From Thermoanaerobaculia bacterium (lineage in GTDB: Bacteria > Acidobacteriota > Thermoanaerobaculia > Multivoradales > Multivoraceae): a stretch of 64,000 bases of DNA. The notes below the pieces were generated by a model. The model did not search any database, had not been told where the DNA came from, and saw only the letters and a program-made list of their open reading frames with translations. The translations under genes were made by a program, and so were the position numbers. This document shows, piece by piece, positions 49,042 to 57,662 of this stretch (position 1 is the first letter of the stretch; each line of letters opens with the position of its first letter). The DNA is taken from the NCBI GenBank assembly GCA_963664405.1, contig OY761158.1, forward strand, positions 1,504,001 through 1,568,000, given 5' to 3'.

Positions 49042-50343
49042 GTGCATAGTTCTTTTGTGTCCTCTCCGGCTTTCAGGCTGCGCTGGCTGGTGCTAGCGAT
49101 TCTACTCGTTCGCCTCGGTCCCTGGGTCTGGTTCGGCCGCGTCCAGCCCTTCACATACGACGAGAAGGAATACGACAAAATCGCGGTTCAGCTCGCCCAA
49201 AGAGGTGAGTTCGCCGTCACCCCGGGGGTTCTGACCTCGATTCGCCCTCCTCTCTACCCGGCGATGGTGGCGGGCGTCTATCGTTTGTTCGGTGTTCGCA
49301 ACTACCAGGCCGTGCGCCTGCTGCAGGTGGTATTGAACGCAGGTATCGCGGTTGTCGTCTACCTACTTGGCTACGCTCTCTACGACGCTCGCACCGGATG
49401 GTGGGCTGCAGCGCTCATAGGTTTCTACCCCTCGCTATGGGGGCACGACTACCTCCTCCTCACCGAGGTTCTTTTCACCTTTCTGCTCTGCCTAGGTACG
49501 CTGCTTCTTCTGCACTTCTTCGCACGGGAGAACTGGCCGCTACTGATCATCGGTGGCGGTCTGCTCGGCCTCGCCACTCTCACGCGAAGCGCGCTTCAGC
49601 TCTATCCGCCTCTGTTCGTCCTCATCGTCCTCGCAATGATGAAGGTCCCTGTGCCGCGCCGTTTCGTGGTGGCTGCCGTGTTCACGCTGTCCTTCGCTGT
49701 TGTCGTTGGCCCGTGGATCGCCCGCAACTCCCGCCTCCATGGCTCGCTCGCATCCGTAGATTCCACCGCCACCCGACTCTTCAAGCTCTATGGCAAGCCG
49801 CGGCTCAAAGCGATCGTGGGCAGCCCGGTGTCGACGCAAGGCTCTCGTCTGCCCGGCGGGGGATCCGCGACAACAATCCGCTGGGCGGTGAAACGGAGCT
49901 TCCTCTTCTGGCAAGTGGATAGAGAGCTGACCGGCGCGGCGGCGAGCGGCCGACTGGGTCCGATCCCACGGCAAATAGTTGTACTGCTGGCCCTTGCTAT
50001 CGGCGGCTACTATGCTGCTCTGGCCGCCCTGGGGCTCGTCGGCGCGGTTCTTCGACCCCCGCCTGACCGAATACAGCTGGTACTGATCCTTTCCTTCTTT
50101 GTGTTACTAGTGGGAGTTCACTCAATGATCCTCGGCCACTCCCGCTACCACATCCCTCTCATGCCCTTTGTCTGCCTCTTCGCGGCTCGGCTCATTGTCG
50201 TTCCGCCCCATAGAGAAGAGCGCAGACGTTTGGCGTGGGCTCTCTTGGCACTTCTCATACTCGCGGTCAGCTGGGTTATCGGCCTCGTAAGCGTAGACCT
50301 CCCCGAGCTCCTAGAGGGTCTGGGCGTCGGCCGTGAAGTCTGA
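49042..50343 (+). CDS. GT-C membrane glycosyltransferase (ArnT/PMT, GT39/GT83-like)
   Basis: DEKEY, RPPLYP, LLTEVLF, LATLTR, PWIARN, RYHIP; many TM segments. Confidence 0.85.
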   Translation: MHSSFVSSPAFRLRWLVLAILLVRLGPWVWFGRVQPFTYDEKEYDKIAVQLAQRGEFAVTPGVLTSIRPPLYPAMVAGVYRLFGVRNYQAVRLLQVVLNAGIAVVVYLLGYALYDARTGWWAAALIGFYPSLWGHDYLLLTEVLFTFLLCLGTLLLLHFFARENWPLLIIGGGLLGLATLTRSALQLYPPLFVLIVLAMMKVPVPRRFVVAAVFTLSFAVVVGPWIARNSRLHGSLASVDSTATRLFKLYGKPRLKAIVGSPVSTQGSRLPGGGSATTIRWAVKRSFLFWQVDRELTGAAASGRLGPIPRQIVVLLALAIGGYYAALAALGLVGAVLRPPPDRIQLVLILSFFVLLVGVHSMILGHSRYHIPLMPFVCLFAARLIVVPPHREERRRLAWALLALLILAVSWVIGLVSVDLPELLEGLGVGREV

Positions 50344-50480
50344 CCTTCGAGTGTGATGGTGAGCGACTGACCGAGCTCAGACAGCGTCGGAGTGGGCAGA
50401 CAAGGAGTGCCGGAGCTGCTACCTTCCCTACACAAGAAGCAACCCGAGTATGCGCATCCAGAACTAAAAAGGAAGCCGTC

Positions 50481-51149
50481 ATGGACAACATCGAGCCCTC
50501 GGGCGCCTTGCTCGAGTTCGACATCGCCTCCCCCGATGAAAAGTGGGAGTTTGCGGCCGTGGAATGGTGCGTTTACGCGGCAAAGTTGGGCTGCAAGATG
50601 CTCGAAGCCGCCAACCTGGACCTCTCCAAATACAACTGGGCCTTCAGCGAGGAATACACCTACACGCCTGAGCGCCTGATGGCAGGTCGTGACCTGGCCG
50701 GCTATTACTTCATGATCAAAGACGGCAAGATCAGTGGCGGTGGCGGGGTGCCGCTGGAGTGCCTCGATCTACCCGGGTTTCACGTCAAAGTCGCCTGGGG
50801 ACTCATCGCCCACCCTTCGGGCCTCTTCTACGGCCGCGAGGGGAGCCGACTGCGCGGCGAGGGTGCGAACCAGCTCAGAGCAGACTTGGCAGCCGCAGGT
50901 AGAACCGAGGAAGCAAACCCCGCACCCGCGAGGCCGACGAACACCGACGGCCCCGCCTGGCCCCCCGGAATCGGTGAGTCGCTCTCGGTGGAAAATGAAA
51001 ATGGGGGCGGGCTCCACAACTTCACCGCCTTCCACCTCAAGCCCTCGCCCGAGGTCATGGACCTGCCACAGACCGCCTGGGGCGTACCGGTGCTCACGGA
51101 AATGACGGACCAGCAGAAAGAAGACTTTTACAAGCTGATCGGCAGATAG
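50481..51149 (+). CDS. Hypothetical protein
   Basis: 222-aa ORF with AAGGA RBS and normal amino-acid composition; no family recognised. Confidence 0.7.
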   Translation: MDNIEPSGALLEFDIASPDEKWEFAAVEWCVYAAKLGCKMLEAANLDLSKYNWAFSEEYTYTPERLMAGRDLAGYYFMIKDGKISGGGGVPLECLDLPGFHVKVAWGLIAHPSGLFYGREGSRLRGEGANQLRADLAAAGRTEEANPAPARPTNTDGPAWPPGIGESLSVENENGGGLHNFTAFHLKPSPEVMDLPQTAWGVPVLTEMTDQQKEDFYKLIGR

Positions 51150-51153
51150 AAAC

Positions 51154-52176
51154 ATGGCATCAACGCCTTCAAGTTTCAGACGATCCGGCTTCGGAGCGCT
51201 GGCGCTCCTTAGCGCGGTCGTGGCTCTCGGTCTCGTCAGCCCCTCCGAGGTCGCGGCCCAGAGCTTGGAATGGCAGGACCTGCCCGACATGCCGGTGGAA
51301 AAGTGGGAAGCGGCAACGGTCGTCATCGACGACAGGCTCTACCTCTTCGGCGGTTACACGGCGGGCGTTCGATCGAGCAAGCGGTCGGACATCTTCGACC
51401 CGAAGGATGGGAGTTGGACCCGGATTCAAGATCTACCAAGCGCGATCACCCACATCAACGCCGTGCTTGATGACCGGAAAGTTTGGTTCGCCGGCGGTTT
51501 CAAAGACGGCTACAAAGGGCACGCGATCGCCGAAGTGTGGAGCTACGACATCGACCTAGATCGCTACACCGCAGCGCCCCTGCTCCCAGAAACTCGAGGC
51601 GGAGGCGGCCTTGCCATCCTTGGCAGCAAGCTCCACTACATGGGCGGAGTCAAAGCAGACCGCGACACCAACGCAGCCGAACACTGGGTGCTCGATGTGG
51701 AGGAGTGGGCCGACGGCTCAGCGCAATGGAAAACGGCAGCTCCTCTACCGGGCCCCCGTAATCAGTTCTCGACCGTGACCCTCGACGGTGAGATCTACGC
51801 GATTGGCGGCCAGCTCCACCACGACTCGAAGCAGCTCGATCAGCCTCGGGTCGACATCTACGATCCTCGAAGCGACTCTTGGCGGAGTGGACCGCCGTTA
51901 CCCAAAGGGCATTCCCACGCCGAAGGCTCCACTTTCGTCCACGCCGGTCGTATCTACCTCGTCGGAGGCCACACCACCCCCGCAGGAGGAAAAAAGTCGA
52001 TCGATCCAGACATCCTCGCGCTGACTCCCGGTGAGTCTTGGGAGCTCGTAGGCAAGCTGCCGGTGGCGCTCTCCTCCCCCGCCGCGACCATCATCGGAGG
52101 CAAGCTCTACGTCGCCGGCGGTTCGCTCACCGGGTCCAGCGTCCAGGCGAAGATGTGGGTGACCGACGCTCCCTGA
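51154..52176 (+). CDS. Secreted Kelch-repeat beta-propeller protein
   Basis: Repeated LY.xGG..YDP..W motifs; signal peptide. Confidence 0.9.
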   Translation: MASTPSSFRRSGFGALALLSAVVALGLVSPSEVAAQSLEWQDLPDMPVEKWEAATVVIDDRLYLFGGYTAGVRSSKRSDIFDPKDGSWTRIQDLPSAITHINAVLDDRKVWFAGGFKDGYKGHAIAEVWSYDIDLDRYTAAPLLPETRGGGGLAILGSKLHYMGGVKADRDTNAAEHWVLDVEEWADGSAQWKTAAPLPGPRNQFSTVTLDGEIYAIGGQLHHDSKQLDQPRVDIYDPRSDSWRSGPPLPKGHSHAEGSTFVHAGRIYLVGGHTTPAGGKKSIDPDILALTPGESWELVGKLPVALSSPAATIIGGKLYVAGGSLTGSSVQAKMWVTDAP

Positions 52177-52198
52177 CAGATGGGAGCCGTGCCTGGCT

Positions 52199-53143
52199 CT
52201 AGCCGCGGCCGAGGAAATCGAGCAGGAACTTCATCTCCTCACCGACGTTCTCAGGCACGACGTAGCCCTCCTCGTCGCTGACTTCATCGATGCGTGCTGC
52301 TACTTTCTCGACGGTGAGCTCCTTGTCGTAGATGCCGCGGGTCAAGCCCATGAAGGCCCGTCCGACCCGGCCGCCCGATGCCGATAGCGTCTCACCGTTG
52401 AGCTGACATGACTCGTGGGCGAGGTAGACAACCGCTGGAGCGACTTGTCGAGGCCCCATCTGCGCCTCGAGCTCGGCGCCCGTCATCCCGAGTCCCTCCG
52501 CCGCACCGCTTTCGTCACCGAACACATCGGTCGTCATCCGAGTGAGCGCACCGGGCGCGATCGCGTTGACAAGGACTCCGTAGCGAGCCCCTTCGATAGC
52601 GAGAGTCCGAGTGAATCCGTAGATCGCCGCTTTGGCGGCCGAGTAGGCGCTCTGACCGAACGACCCGAAGAGCCCGGAGCCCGAGCTGGTGTTGACGACG
52701 CGGCCGTAGCCCTTGCTCTTCATGTGCAGATAGGCGGGTTTGGTGACGAAAAAGCATCCCTTGACGTGGACATCGAGCACCGGCTCGAGCTCGTACTCGC
52801 CGATGTTCGGAAAGGTGCGGTTACGAATGATGCCGGCGTTGTTGATAAGGATGTCGAGTCGGTCGTACTCGGCGAGGGCCTGGGCGACCATCGCTTCGCC
52901 GCCCTCGCGAGTGGTCACCGAATCGCTGTTGGCGATCGCCTTGCCGCCCGCGCCACGGATCTCGCTGACAACGGCTTCAGCCGGTCCGGGGTCGTGATCC
53001 TGACCGCCCATGCTGGGCGAGCCGAGGTCGTTCACCACCACCGCCGCCCCTCGTGCGGCGAGGAGCAGGGCGTACTCGCGCCCCAGTCCCCCGCCCGCGC
53101 CGGTGACCAGGGCGACCCGTCCGTCGAATCGAAGCTCGTTCAT
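52199..53143 (-). CDS. SDR family oxidoreductase (hydroxyacyl-CoA dehydrogenase/MFE-2-like)
   Basis: TGAGGGLG, VVNDLG, NNAG, YSAAK, NAIAPGA.TRMT. Confidence 0.92.
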   Translation of the reverse strand: MNELRFDGRVALVTGAGGGLGREYALLLAARGAAVVVNDLGSPSMGGQDHDPGPAEAVVSEIRGAGGKAIANSDSVTTREGGEAMVAQALAEYDRLDILINNAGIIRNRTFPNIGEYELEPVLDVHVKGCFFVTKPAYLHMKSKGYGRVVNTSSGSGLFGSFGQSAYSAAKAAIYGFTRTLAIEGARYGVLVNAIAPGALTRMTTDVFGDESGAAEGLGMTGAELEAQMGPRQVAPAVVYLAHESCQLNGETLSASGGRVGRAFMGLTRGIYDKELTVEKVAARIDEVSDEEGYVVPENVGEEMKFLLDFLGRG

Positions 53144-53218
53144 CGTTTGGCGGGTGTCCCCAGTAGCTCCCTCACCGAGGCATTGTACGTGCCACAAGCG
53201 AAGTACGCGATTTGCCTA

Positions 53219-53401
53219 CGCGGCAATCGATTTTCATTCCTCTACGGCCATGCTCGCGAATTCACGGCGGAGGAGCTGGCCGAGCTCTATCCGGACCCGG
53301 AGACCTTCGTCGAGAAGTACGACGAAGCGCTCGAGGAGGTGATGGATGCGGGAGTGGTCCTCGCAGAAGACGGGCCGGCGTACGCCGGTCGTCGAGGCTC
53401 T
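53219..53401 (+). pseudogene. C-terminal fragment of an alpha/beta-hydrolase-domain protein
   Basis: FLYG..EFTAEELAELYPD..FVEKY..A....AGVVLAEDG, with no start or N-terminal part. Confidence 0.55.
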
Positions 53402-53404
53402 GAG

Positions 53405-55558
53405 CTACAACGCGAACACCCAGATGGCGGCCCCACCTTTGGGTGAGCCTAGCCGCGGCGCGTCCGCGCCCGAGCCGAACCCTCCTAGAGCTCCGGTCAG
53501 TCCAGCGATATGAAAGTTGCCCATCCCCACCACCACCGCGACGTATTGTCTGCCCCCAACTCTGTAGGTGACGAGACTCGAGCTGGGAAAGGCGTCGAGC
53601 TTCGTCTGCCACAATAGCTCGCCGCTAGTGTCATCGAAGGCCTTCAAGGACGGCTCCATGTCGCCGGAGAAGAGCAGCCCACCAACCGTCGCAAGTAGCC
53701 CGGTCGAGGGCGGAGTGACTTGATTGTGAGTCCACGCCAACTTCCGGTTGGCGACGTCGATGGCCTGCACACGACCTACCATGCCGTCGGCGGTCTCCGG
53801 GTGCGCTCCGATCGATATCCCCACGCCGGAGGTTAGAAGCCGCAGCCCCGCCCGACCCATAGTCATACACGACTCGGTCAGCGGCACGTACGCCATCTTC
53901 GTCTGCGGACTGTAGGACGTCGGCGGCCAGCTTCTAGCCCCGAACGCGCTCGGGCATACCTCGGTGGATCTCTCAACATCTGGCATCTTGTCGGGGTCGA
54001 TAGTCTTGGCGCCGGTCACCGGATCGATGGCCGTAATGACGTTCTGTATTCCGGTATCCACCGAAAACAGATATTCGCCGGTCGCGGCATCCAACGCTTC
54101 GAGAATCGCCATCTTCCCTACATTCATCACCGCCTTGCGAGCAGTGCCGTTCACCGACACGTTCACTATCTGGCGCTCGAAGACCCAATCCAGGTCCCAT
54201 TGATCGTTCGCCATGTGCTGGTAATGCCAGACCAATGCGCCGGTCTCGGCATTGAGCGCCACGGTGCAGTTGGTATAGAGCGCGTTGTTGTTTACGCCCT
54301 CCTTCTCCGAAGGATGCAAGAGCGGACCGGTGTCGTAGGTCGGCGCCACGCCAAAATAGATCAGGTTCAACTCGGCGTCATAGGTGCCCTGATGCCAAAT
54401 GGAGCCCCCACTCCTCTTCTCCAACGCCACGTCATTCCAGCTGTTCCCATAGGGATCGCCGGGCCGAGCGATGGTGTTGAAGCGCCAGGCTTCTTCGCCT
54501 GAGTCGATATCGATCGCGACGACAAAGCCACCCCTCGGTGCAAAGCTCGCCGTCACTCCCTGGATCACCTTGTCGCCTACAGCCAACGGAGCGCTTCTGA
54601 GGTTGTATGCCCCGCGCATCAAGGGCGTCTCGGTCGTGATCTCGTGATCCCAGACCAACTCCCCCGTTTTGGCGCGCAGAGCCAGCACGTGCAGATCGGA
54701 AGTGGGAACAAGAACCTTGTCTCCATGCAGCGCCAGCCCCATCTTTTGGCTGGAGGATGATTTCGGGTGGTATTGGTAGCGCCACAGAACCTGCCCATTC
54801 GAGGCATCCAGCGCAAGCACCGTATCGGGGAAGGTGTGCAGAAACATGACCCCCTGGTGTACCAACGGCATGGCCATATTGGCACCATCGCGAAGGGGCG
54901 CACGCCAGGCGAGCGCCAGGTAACCCACGTTCTCGCGGTCGATCTGCTTCAGGGGGCTGAAGGTCTGGCCGTCGTAGGTACGGCCGCTGTGCAGCCAGTC
55001 ATCGGGGGAGGGATCGAGCCGCATCTCGGCGGTCACAGGAGGGAGCTTGTTCAACAGCTCCGAAGTGCCTGCCGCCACCACGGGCGCGTCAGGCTCGTAT
55101 TCCGCGCCCTCCAGCTTCGGAATCGTCAGCTCGCTGAGGCCCTCCAGATCCGACGGCAGGACCTCGTCGCCGGCCTCGAGACCGTTGGACTCGAAAATGA
55201 ACGCCAGGATGTTGACGTAGACCTCATCGCCCAACCCACCAGGCGCGTCGATCGGCTCCGGCGGCATGCGACTAAGATGGAAGGCGAGCACTCCGGCGGA
55301 CTTCCCCCGCCACGACGTGTCGAAACGCGAACCCACGAGAGAAGGCGACACCTGCTCCCCCTGCAAGCGCGGCCCGTGACACGAGGCGCAATGCTCCCGA
55401 TAGCTCGCTCTGCCCTCGGCGACCTGGTCCGCCGTAAAGCTCGGCGTCTTCGCCAAGCTTGCTGACTGCCACGGACTCACCGCTATAAACAGCAGCCACG
55501 GGCATCCGGCTCGCCGTAGAAATGCCATCACTGAATTCCTCGCTTTTCGCCGATTCAT
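53405..55558 (-). CDS. PQQ-dependent dehydrogenase-like beta-propeller with N-terminal cytochrome c
   Basis: CASCH heme motif; FSPLKQI, ALDASNG..W, TGALVWHYQ..NDQWDLD, GRQYVAV. Confidence 0.9.
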   Translation of the reverse strand: MNRRKARNSVMAFLRRAGCPWLLFIAVSPWQSASLAKTPSFTADQVAEGRASYREHCASCHGPRLQGEQVSPSLVGSRFDTSWRGKSAGVLAFHLSRMPPEPIDAPGGLGDEVYVNILAFIFESNGLEAGDEVLPSDLEGLSELTIPKLEGAEYEPDAPVVAAGTSELLNKLPPVTAEMRLDPSPDDWLHSGRTYDGQTFSPLKQIDRENVGYLALAWRAPLRDGANMAMPLVHQGVMFLHTFPDTVLALDASNGQVLWRYQYHPKSSSSQKMGLALHGDKVLVPTSDLHVLALRAKTGELVWDHEITTETPLMRGAYNLRSAPLAVGDKVIQGVTASFAPRGGFVVAIDIDSGEEAWRFNTIARPGDPYGNSWNDVALEKRSGGSIWHQGTYDAELNLIYFGVAPTYDTGPLLHPSEKEGVNNNALYTNCTVALNAETGALVWHYQHMANDQWDLDWVFERQIVNVSVNGTARKAVMNVGKMAILEALDAATGEYLFSVDTGIQNVITAIDPVTGAKTIDPDKMPDVERSTEVCPSAFGARSWPPTSYSPQTKMAYVPLTESCMTMGRAGLRLLTSGVGISIGAHPETADGMVGRVQAIDVANRKLAWTHNQVTPPSTGLLATVGGLLFSGDMEPSLKAFDDTSGELLWQTKLDAFPSSSLVTYRVGGRQYVAVVVGMGNFHIAGLTGALGGFGSGADAPRLGSPKGGAAIWVFAL

Positions 55559-56472
55559 CGCCGGTCGGGTAGCGCTGGAACGTGCTGCGGAACGAATCCG
55601 GACGCATCCTGGCCGAGCTGCAGCAGAACCGAGACCCCCTTGGGAAGGATATCGACTCTGGCACCCGAGGCCAGCAGCTTTTCTGTCTCCATCACGTCGA
55701 TCACCGCATCGAGGATCTCCGGATCCTGAAGTCGAATCTCGTTCAGGGTCTCGCCCACCACTGCAGGACGGGCCGCCGAAGCCTGGGCCAACTTCTGCGA
55801 CACCCTTTTCGCCGTCTCGCTCTGGATCAGACCGACGCGATTCTCACCGTCTTGGCGCATGGCGCTGGTCACCTGTACCAACCGTTTGACGACCTTCTCG
55901 GTGATGTTCTCGACCATCGAATGGTCGGTGAACGCCACCTTGCGGATATAGACCGAGCCAAGCTTGTAGCCCCATTTCTCGCTAAGTGGGGAGACGGCGC
56001 TGCGCACTGTACGACTCAGCGAGTGACGATTCTCGAGCATGTCCTCCATCTGGAGATTCGACAGCGTCGAAATAGTCGAGCTGGCGACGTTGGCCTGCAG
56101 CGAACCCTCGGGGTTGGCGTTGATGAACAGATAGGACACCGGGTCACCGACCCTCATTTCATACCAGATGCCGACGCCCATCGGCGTACCCTCTTCGGAG
56201 TTCACCATCTGGCTGCGCAGGTAATGTTCGCGTAGCTCAGTCGAGACCACGTGCTTCTTGCCGAAGACGGGGACGAGAAAAGCGCGCAGGCCGAAACGAG
56301 CCATCGGGAAGCGTAGCCCTGGCTCGTCGAGCACTCCGAGAACCTTACCGAAAAGCGTGAAGACCTGAGCCTCACACTCATTGACGACGCTGTAGAGGCC
56401 GAAGACCGTGGCCAGCTTGAGCACGATGGGCAGGAAGACCAGGCCGAACAGGAAGGTGAAGATAGAAAACAT
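55555..56472 (-). CDS. SPFH/band-7 domain membrane protein
   Basis: N-terminal TM, LFGKV..EPGL, WGYKLGSVYI, coiled tail. Confidence 0.82.
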   Translation of the reverse strand: MFSIFTFLFGLVFLPIVLKLATVFGLYSVVNECEAQVFTLFGKVLGVLDEPGLRFPMARFGLRAFLVPVFGKKHVVSTELREHYLRSQMVNSEEGTPMGVGIWYEMRVGDPVSYLFINANPEGSLQANVASSTISTLSNLQMEDMLENRHSLSRTVRSAVSPLSEKWGYKLGSVYIRKVAFTDHSMVENITEKVVKRLVQVTSAMRQDGENRVGLIQSETAKRVSQKLAQASAARPAVVGETLNEIRLQDPEILDAVIDVMETEKLLASGARVDILPKGVSVLLQLGQDASGFVPQHVPALPDRR

Positions 56473-56482
56473 TTCTTTTCTC

Positions 56483-57460
56483 CTACTCAGCCGTGATCAC
56501 GACGCGTCCAGCGCGCTCGTAGAGAGGGACACGAAGGTTTCTTCGGTAGGCGGTGAGGGCTTCCGAGCCGCCTTTAGCCTTGACCTTGATCAGTATCGCC
56601 GACAGCTCACGCAGCGGCGCCACCTCGGCCTCGGCGTTGTTCTGGGCGATCTCGACGGCACGCTCGCTCATCGTGATCTGCTGTTCGGCGTCGGCACGCG
56701 CGGTGGAGATGTCGGCCGCCATCTGGTTGCGCGTCGAGTTGATCGCCGATAGGGCGCGATCGACCTCCGGCGGTGGATCGATCTCGGTCACCAGCGCCGC
56801 GTCTAGCTCGATTCCGTAGCGTCCGCCCGTCGACTGACACTGCTCCTCCATATACTGGTTCAGCAGCGGCAGATTCTTGCGCAGATCGTTGATCGACACA
56901 CCCTCGGAGAGCTCGAGAGATGTCGCGCTGCCCTCCTCGAGGTCGGCGCTTACCACCAGGCTCGCGCCCTTCGGATCGACGAAGGTGGCGATGCGCTCGC
57001 GGAGCACCGAAACGAAGTACCCCATCACGTGCTGGAGCGGACGCGTGACTCCGAAGAGGTAGGGGTAGAGGTTGCTTTCGCTGACCCTGTAGCGAAGCTG
57101 GCCAGTCACCCCGGTGGTGAGATTGTCCTTCGTCACGGCCTCGATCGTGTCCTGTTGCTTGGTCGGATCCCATACGATGTCGACCGACTGCGTCGCCACC
57201 GAGACCCTGTGGACTTTCTGCCATGGCATCTTGAGGTAGGGGCCACCGGGAGGGATGACTCGCACTTGCGGATAGTTGTAGCGCTGCCGCTCGTCCTCGT
57301 TGAGCGTCGGGTCGTCGGTCGGCGGACCACCGAGACGCTCGGCTCGGCCGAAGCTCGTCTTGACGGCGCGCTGGTCGGGACGGACGGTGAAAAAGCCGCC
57401 TATGCCCACCCGGATAGCGAAGTAGATCGTCAGGCCTAACAGGAATGCAATGAAGCTCAT
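56483..57460 (-). CDS. SPFH/band-7 domain membrane protein
   Basis: GFFTVRPDQRAV..FG, KMPWQ, TKDN, YGIEL..IDPP, ARADAE; start MSFIAFLL. Confidence 0.88.
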   Translation of the reverse strand: MSFIAFLLGLTIYFAIRVGIGGFFTVRPDQRAVKTSFGRAERLGGPPTDDPTLNEDERQRYNYPQVRVIPPGGPYLKMPWQKVHRVSVATQSVDIVWDPTKQQDTIEAVTKDNLTTGVTGQLRYRVSESNLYPYLFGVTRPLQHVMGYFVSVLRERIATFVDPKGASLVVSADLEEGSATSLELSEGVSINDLRKNLPLLNQYMEEQCQSTGGRYGIELDAALVTEIDPPPEVDRALSAINSTRNQMAADISTARADAEQQITMSERAVEIAQNNAEAEVAPLRELSAILIKVKAKGGSEALTAYRRNLRVPLYERAGRVVITAE

Positions 57461-57662
57461 GGAAGGGTTCCCTTTCTTGTTCGCATCATTGGATCTTACC
57501 CGGCGTCCGCATCCGGAGGGCGGCTGCCGCTCGCGGCAGCGGGGTGTATGCTGTTCGCACAAGCGACAGCTACGAGCCTACGCGGTAGGCGAGTAGTTCT
57601 TAGGTAGGGCTGGGCCGGAGAAGGGGCCAAGGGCCCGTTCTCTGGGGCGAGGAGGGATTTCT

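Noticed and set aside
41384-50343. Classical lasso peptide cluster
   Set aside because: No cyclase, no B2 protease and no short precursor with a lasso core identified in the window.
44202-55558. PQQ biosynthesis locus (PqqD plus a PQQ-type dehydrogenase)
   Set aside because: No pqqA/B/C/E seen; the PqqD neighbours are a kinase and a nucleotidyltransferase, and the dehydrogenase is ~9 kb away.
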